A DNA stretch of 18,399 bases from Candidatus Heimdallarchaeota archaeon. Its GTDB lineage: Archaea > Asgardarchaeota > Heimdallarchaeia > JABLTI01. Location of the stretch: NCBI GenBank assembly GCA_030614005.1, contig JAUWKS010000062.1, positions 1-18,399 on the forward strand, written 5' to 3'. The notes beneath the pieces were generated by a model that searched no databases, was not told where the DNA came from, and worked only from the letters and a program-made list of their open reading frames with translations. Shown one piece after another: positions 15,142 to 18,399 of this stretch. Positions within the stretch are counted from its first letter, which is position 1; each line of letters begins with the position of its first letter. The translations under genes were made by a program, and so were the position numbers.

Positions 15142-15687
15142 TCATTCTATCCAGATTTTTTCGGTAAATGCTTGTGCGGTTTGATAGTACTCCTTTGCAT
15201 TTCGTCGCACTTTAATTGCAAAATGTCGCACAGAATTGGAATTTTTATCCACGAAACGAAGTGTGATAATAGTTTTCTTCAAACAACTTAGAACTATAAT
15301 CAGCACACCAAATATAAGAATAATAATACCAAGTCCCAATGGCGCACCATCTCCATCATTATTAAATAAATCAGCTGCAAAAACAATTATTCCAAAAATA
15401 CCTGGTAAGGATATTAGTGAACCAATTATAATGCCCAGTAGATTAAAAGCTCGAAAACTTACTGATGAACCTCTAAAATCCTCTTTCATAATGTCTAAGT
15501 GAAGATCTCCGGCATTAATCGTTCTTTGTACTTCTATAGCTATTTTCTCTTCATCAACGTTTATGTCTACATTTTTCATTCGTTGTAAGTGTGCGAAACG
15601 CAATAGGAAATTCATACCCATATTTGTTCTTTCATGTGGTGAAAAAATCGATGATCTATTTACTATTGTATATTTAGTGTCTTTCAT
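15142..15687 (-). CDS. Uncharacterised membrane protein with two TM helices (181 aa); paralog of 15725-16270
   Basis: Two hydrophobic segments flanked by soluble beta-rich regions; about 71% identical to its neighbour (128/181 by manual count). Confidence 0.8.
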   Translation of the reverse strand: MKDTKYTIVNRSSIFSPHERTNMGMNFLLRFAHLQRMKNVDINVDEEKIAIEVQRTINAGDLHLDIMKEDFRGSSVSFRAFNLLGIIIGSLISLPGIFGIIVFAADLFNNDGDGAPLGLGIIILIFGVLIIVLSCLKKTIITLRFVDKNSNSVRHFAIKVRRNAKEYYQTAQAFTEKIWIE

Positions 15688-15724
15688 TATTTTACATCCG
15701 TGTTTTTTTTTCTTTTGCTAAAAC

Positions 15725-16270
15725 CTATTTGCTCCAGAGTTTTTCTGTAAATTCCTTTGCTGTTTGATAGTACTCCTTTGCATTTCGTCGTACACTTATT
15801 GCAAAATATCGAACTGAATTGGAATTTTTATCCACGAAGCGTAGTGAGATTATTGTTCTCCTGAGTAAGCTAGTAATTAGAATTGGCAATCCAAACACAA
15901 GAAAAATAATACCAATTCCCATTGGTGTAAAATCACCGTCATTCTGAAATAAATCAGCTGCATAAACAATTATTGCAAAAAGACCTGTTAATGTTAATAG
16001 TGAACCAATTATAATTCCTATTATGTTAAAATTTCGATAGCTTACTGATGAACCTCTGAAATCTTCTTTTTTAATATCTAAGTGGAAATCCCCAGCCAAA
16101 ATTGTTCTATGACCTTCTATTGCAATTTTCTCTTCATCAACGTTTATTTCCGTATGTTTCATTCGCTGCAAGTGAGCTAACCGTAATATGAAATTCATGC
16201 CTAAGGCAATTCTTTCATATGGAGTAAAAATCGTTGATCTATCATTTATTGAATATTTGATATCTTTCAT
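15725..16270 (-). CDS. Uncharacterised membrane protein with two TM helices (181 aa); paralog of 15142-15687
   Basis: Start moved to ATG 16270 (MKDIK), which gives the same length and N-terminus as the paralog (MKDTK). Confidence 0.8.
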   Translation of the reverse strand: MKDIKYSINDRSTIFTPYERIALGMNFILRLAHLQRMKHTEINVDEEKIAIEGHRTILAGDFHLDIKKEDFRGSSVSYRNFNIIGIIIGSLLTLTGLFAIIVYAADLFQNDGDFTPMGIGIIFLVFGLPILITSLLRRTIISLRFVDKNSNSVRYFAISVRRNAKEYYQTAKEFTEKLWSK

Positions 16271-16466
16271 TTCTTTACGCCTTAGTTTTTGTAAATTCAA
16301 TTTTGAACCATTAATAATAAAAGTTTGTTCAAGACTTTAATCACCTTAATATTCTGCCATACTATTTAAGCTTCTTGGAAAGGTCATTCATTACATTTTA
16401 ACAAAAGATACTCAATAACTAATTTCTTTTACTCTAGGAGAGGTTTTTTGTCGTTTCATTTAGTCC

Positions 16467-16474
16467 TTTATAAA
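16467..16474 (+). promoter_or_regulatory. Candidate TATA box for the glycosyltransferase gene
   Basis: TTTATAAA about 56 nt upstream of the GTG start at 16531. Confidence 0.35.
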
Positions 16475-16530
16475 GTAAATCTCCCAGTGTTCTATCGAGT
16501 CCAGAACAGAGTAGTAAAGTTTCCTGGAGA

Positions 16531-17784
16531 GTGAGTATTAATTTGAAAATCTGTATGATCACTGACACTTATCATCCTGGTTTCGATGGCATTGTTCGCT
16601 ATCTAGATTATTTAATTCCACAGTTACTTCAGAAAGGTCATGAAGTTTCAGTTGTTTGTCCCTGGTTTAAAGGAAATCAACATTACTCTTCTCCTGAAGA
16701 AGGTTTTGAAATCATTCGCACAACCACTACTCGTTTTCGCTCAAATGCGTATTATTGGGCTATTCCAGATTGGCGTCTCATCAAAGCTATTATTCAATCT
16801 GATTTTATTGTTCTTCATTCTCTTATGCCTCTAGGACTGGCTGGAGGATTGGTTGCAAAGCTTTTCCGAAAAAAGATTGGTTTTTGGTGTCACCATGATG
16901 AGCGCGTTATCTTCAACGATATTTTACAACTTCCATCTTTTCTTGTTCGACTTTTTTACAAGTTCATAGAAAAGTTTTATACAAAAATAGTTGATGTGTT
17001 CTTTCATGCTACGGAGCGCTTCCGCCGCAAACTTGTTTATTTTGGGGCTCCAAGCGATAAGACACATCACACTCCTTTTGCTATAAATACCAGTAAATTC
17101 CATTCTGAACCTGAAATTGATTTACGTAAGCGATATAGTATTCCCTCTGATGCCATCATTACTTGCTATCTTGGTCGTCTTTCCGTTGAGAAGAATGTAG
17201 ACAATATACTCCTTGCACTTGATGCTGCTATGGAGGATGTTCCAAATCTTTTTGCACTAATTGTTGGTGGTGGTCCAGATGAAGAAAAGTATCTTGCATT
17301 ACCAAGGAAGAATAACGAACGATTTATTTTCACCGGGTTCATTCCTGAGAATGAACTACAAAGTCATTATGCTACTAGTGATATTTTTGTCACTCCCACT
17401 CTTAATGAGTCCTCTTGCTTTACAGTTTTTGAATCTATGACGTGCAACGTTCCTGTTATCACATCTGCAATGGATCATGATCCGGATATAATTGATAGAG
17501 AAAATGCCCTTCTTGTTTATGATGTACTTAATCCATCTGAAATTAAAGAAAATTTGCTTCGACTTGCTACGAATGAATCATTTCGTAAGCGTATTGCAAT
17601 GAATGGGCAGAAACTCATTTCATCCCGCACCTGGGAAAACCATTCAGAGCGATTTGTTTATGGCATGAATACCGTTTTCTCTGCAAATGTCAAGCACAAG
17701 AAATCAGTTGCTAGAGTTGCTACCATTCCGAAAAATCACTCCAAGCGTAAATTAGGTCGCATTAAGAAATCCATTGGATTGTAG
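16531..17784 (+). CDS. Glycosyltransferase family 4 (GT-B fold, retaining)
   Basis: N-terminal KICMITDTYHPGFDG...KGHEV; YLGRLSVEKN; IVGGGP; FTGFIP; E-x7-E motif ESSCFTVFE; GTG start after GGAGA. Confidence 0.9.
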   Translation: MSINLKICMITDTYHPGFDGIVRYLDYLIPQLLQKGHEVSVVCPWFKGNQHYSSPEEGFEIIRTTTTRFRSNAYYWAIPDWRLIKAIIQSDFIVLHSLMPLGLAGGLVAKLFRKKIGFWCHHDERVIFNDILQLPSFLVRLFYKFIEKFYTKIVDVFFHATERFRRKLVYFGAPSDKTHHTPFAINTSKFHSEPEIDLRKRYSIPSDAIITCYLGRLSVEKNVDNILLALDAAMEDVPNLFALIVGGGPDEEKYLALPRKNNERFIFTGFIPENELQSHYATSDIFVTPTLNESSCFTVFESMTCNVPVITSAMDHDPDIIDRENALLVYDVLNPSEIKENLLRLATNESFRKRIAMNGQKLISSRTWENHSERFVYGMNTVFSANVKHKKSVARVATIPKNHSKRKLGRIKKSIGL

Positions 17785-17806
17785 TAGGGAACTAAATTAA
17801 AAGGCA

Positions 17807-17820
17807 CTTTCTTCTTTTTT
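17807..17820 (+). terminator. T-tract terminator after the GT4 gene
   Basis: CTTTCTTCTTTTTT about 22 nt after the stop codon. Confidence 0.4.
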
Positions 17821-18350
17821 GCAGTGTAAATAAAAGAAGGTGAAGAGGCGACAAGTTTGACCGTCTTCTAGTCTTCCGGGAACATGATTAAGACTCAGAA
17901 TATGTTCTTTTTGTCTTTTTCCTCCAAAAATCCTATTCTCCCTCACAAATACTCAAGTTCTTTGGATAAGTCTTTTTGAAGGCTTTCTCTTCACCAATTG
18001 CAATTTTGATTTTTTTGCCTTATTTATTTTATTGCCTTAATCATTTTGATACTATCTCAATGCATCAATTTTTATTGTATTTTCGGTAAAAACTAACATT
18101 CTTATGTTAACTTTATCTTTACTATTTTGTTATTATATTAGATAGCTACTAATTAAAAGGTGGAGTGGATAATTTATTATGATATCATTTCGTTAACTAA
18201 TAGTTAAATTTTCCACAGTCAAAGAAAAAAAGCCAGTATTTTTTTCATAGAAATGTCAATAATTTTGCATAGTGATTCTCCTACAATTCAATACCCTTTC
18301 TTCTTTTTAAATGCCTCTTAGAATAGCTGTACGAATAGTTAATTGTTCAA

Positions 18351-18398
18351 CTATTCTTTTAAATAAAGGACAATACTTTCAGTAACCTCTTTAGCTAA
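18351..18398 (-). CDS. Possible 3' end of a gene entering from the right edge (...LAKEVTESIVLYLKE*)
   Basis: Open frame from the window edge to TAG at 18353-18351; too short to identify. Confidence 0.25.
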   Translation of the reverse strand, partial: LAKEVTESIVLYLKE

Positions 18399-18399
18399 A

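Noticed and set aside
17820-18350. Small ORFs or an RNA gene at the right end (e.g. MKKILAFFL* on the minus strand, weak GAAGA/TCTTC pairing near 17842-17868)
   Set aside because: Frames are very short, the pairing is weak, and there is no tRNA or rRNA signature.
1-18399. A canonical CRISPR array for the RAMP module
   Set aside because: No series of near-identical 25-45 nt repeats with regular spacers was found by eye. Only the weak handle-like motifs at 3599-3800 were seen.

Overview
AT-rich archaeal window. An Asgard-type host is inferred from a divergent EF-2 outside the ribosomal-protein operon, an archaeal histone, and very long MacB/FtsX-like permeases. Left to right: (1) a NucS-like PD-(D/E)XK nuclease and a small AbrB/MazE-type regulator missed by the ORF track, both on the minus strand; (2) divergent from them, a compact two-gene CRISPR-derived module, a Cas7/Csm3-like RAMP followed by a short RAMP fused to a Cas10-style circularly permuted HD nuclease, with no array, cas1/2/6 or Cas10 Palm domain in the window; (3) an EF-2-family GTPase with a non-canonical diphthamide loop; (4) a three-gene ABC exporter cassette (two paralogous ~965-aa permeases and a twin-ATPase) bracketed by a duplicated, diverged, still open copy of the last 40 codons of EF-2 plus its terminator, exactly 7,860 bp apart, resembling an integrase-less island at the EF-2 3' end; (5) a histone, a rubredoxin (also missed by the ORF track), two tandem membrane-protein paralogs and a GT4 glycosyltransferase. 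All family calls come from motifs read by eye; no database searches were run.
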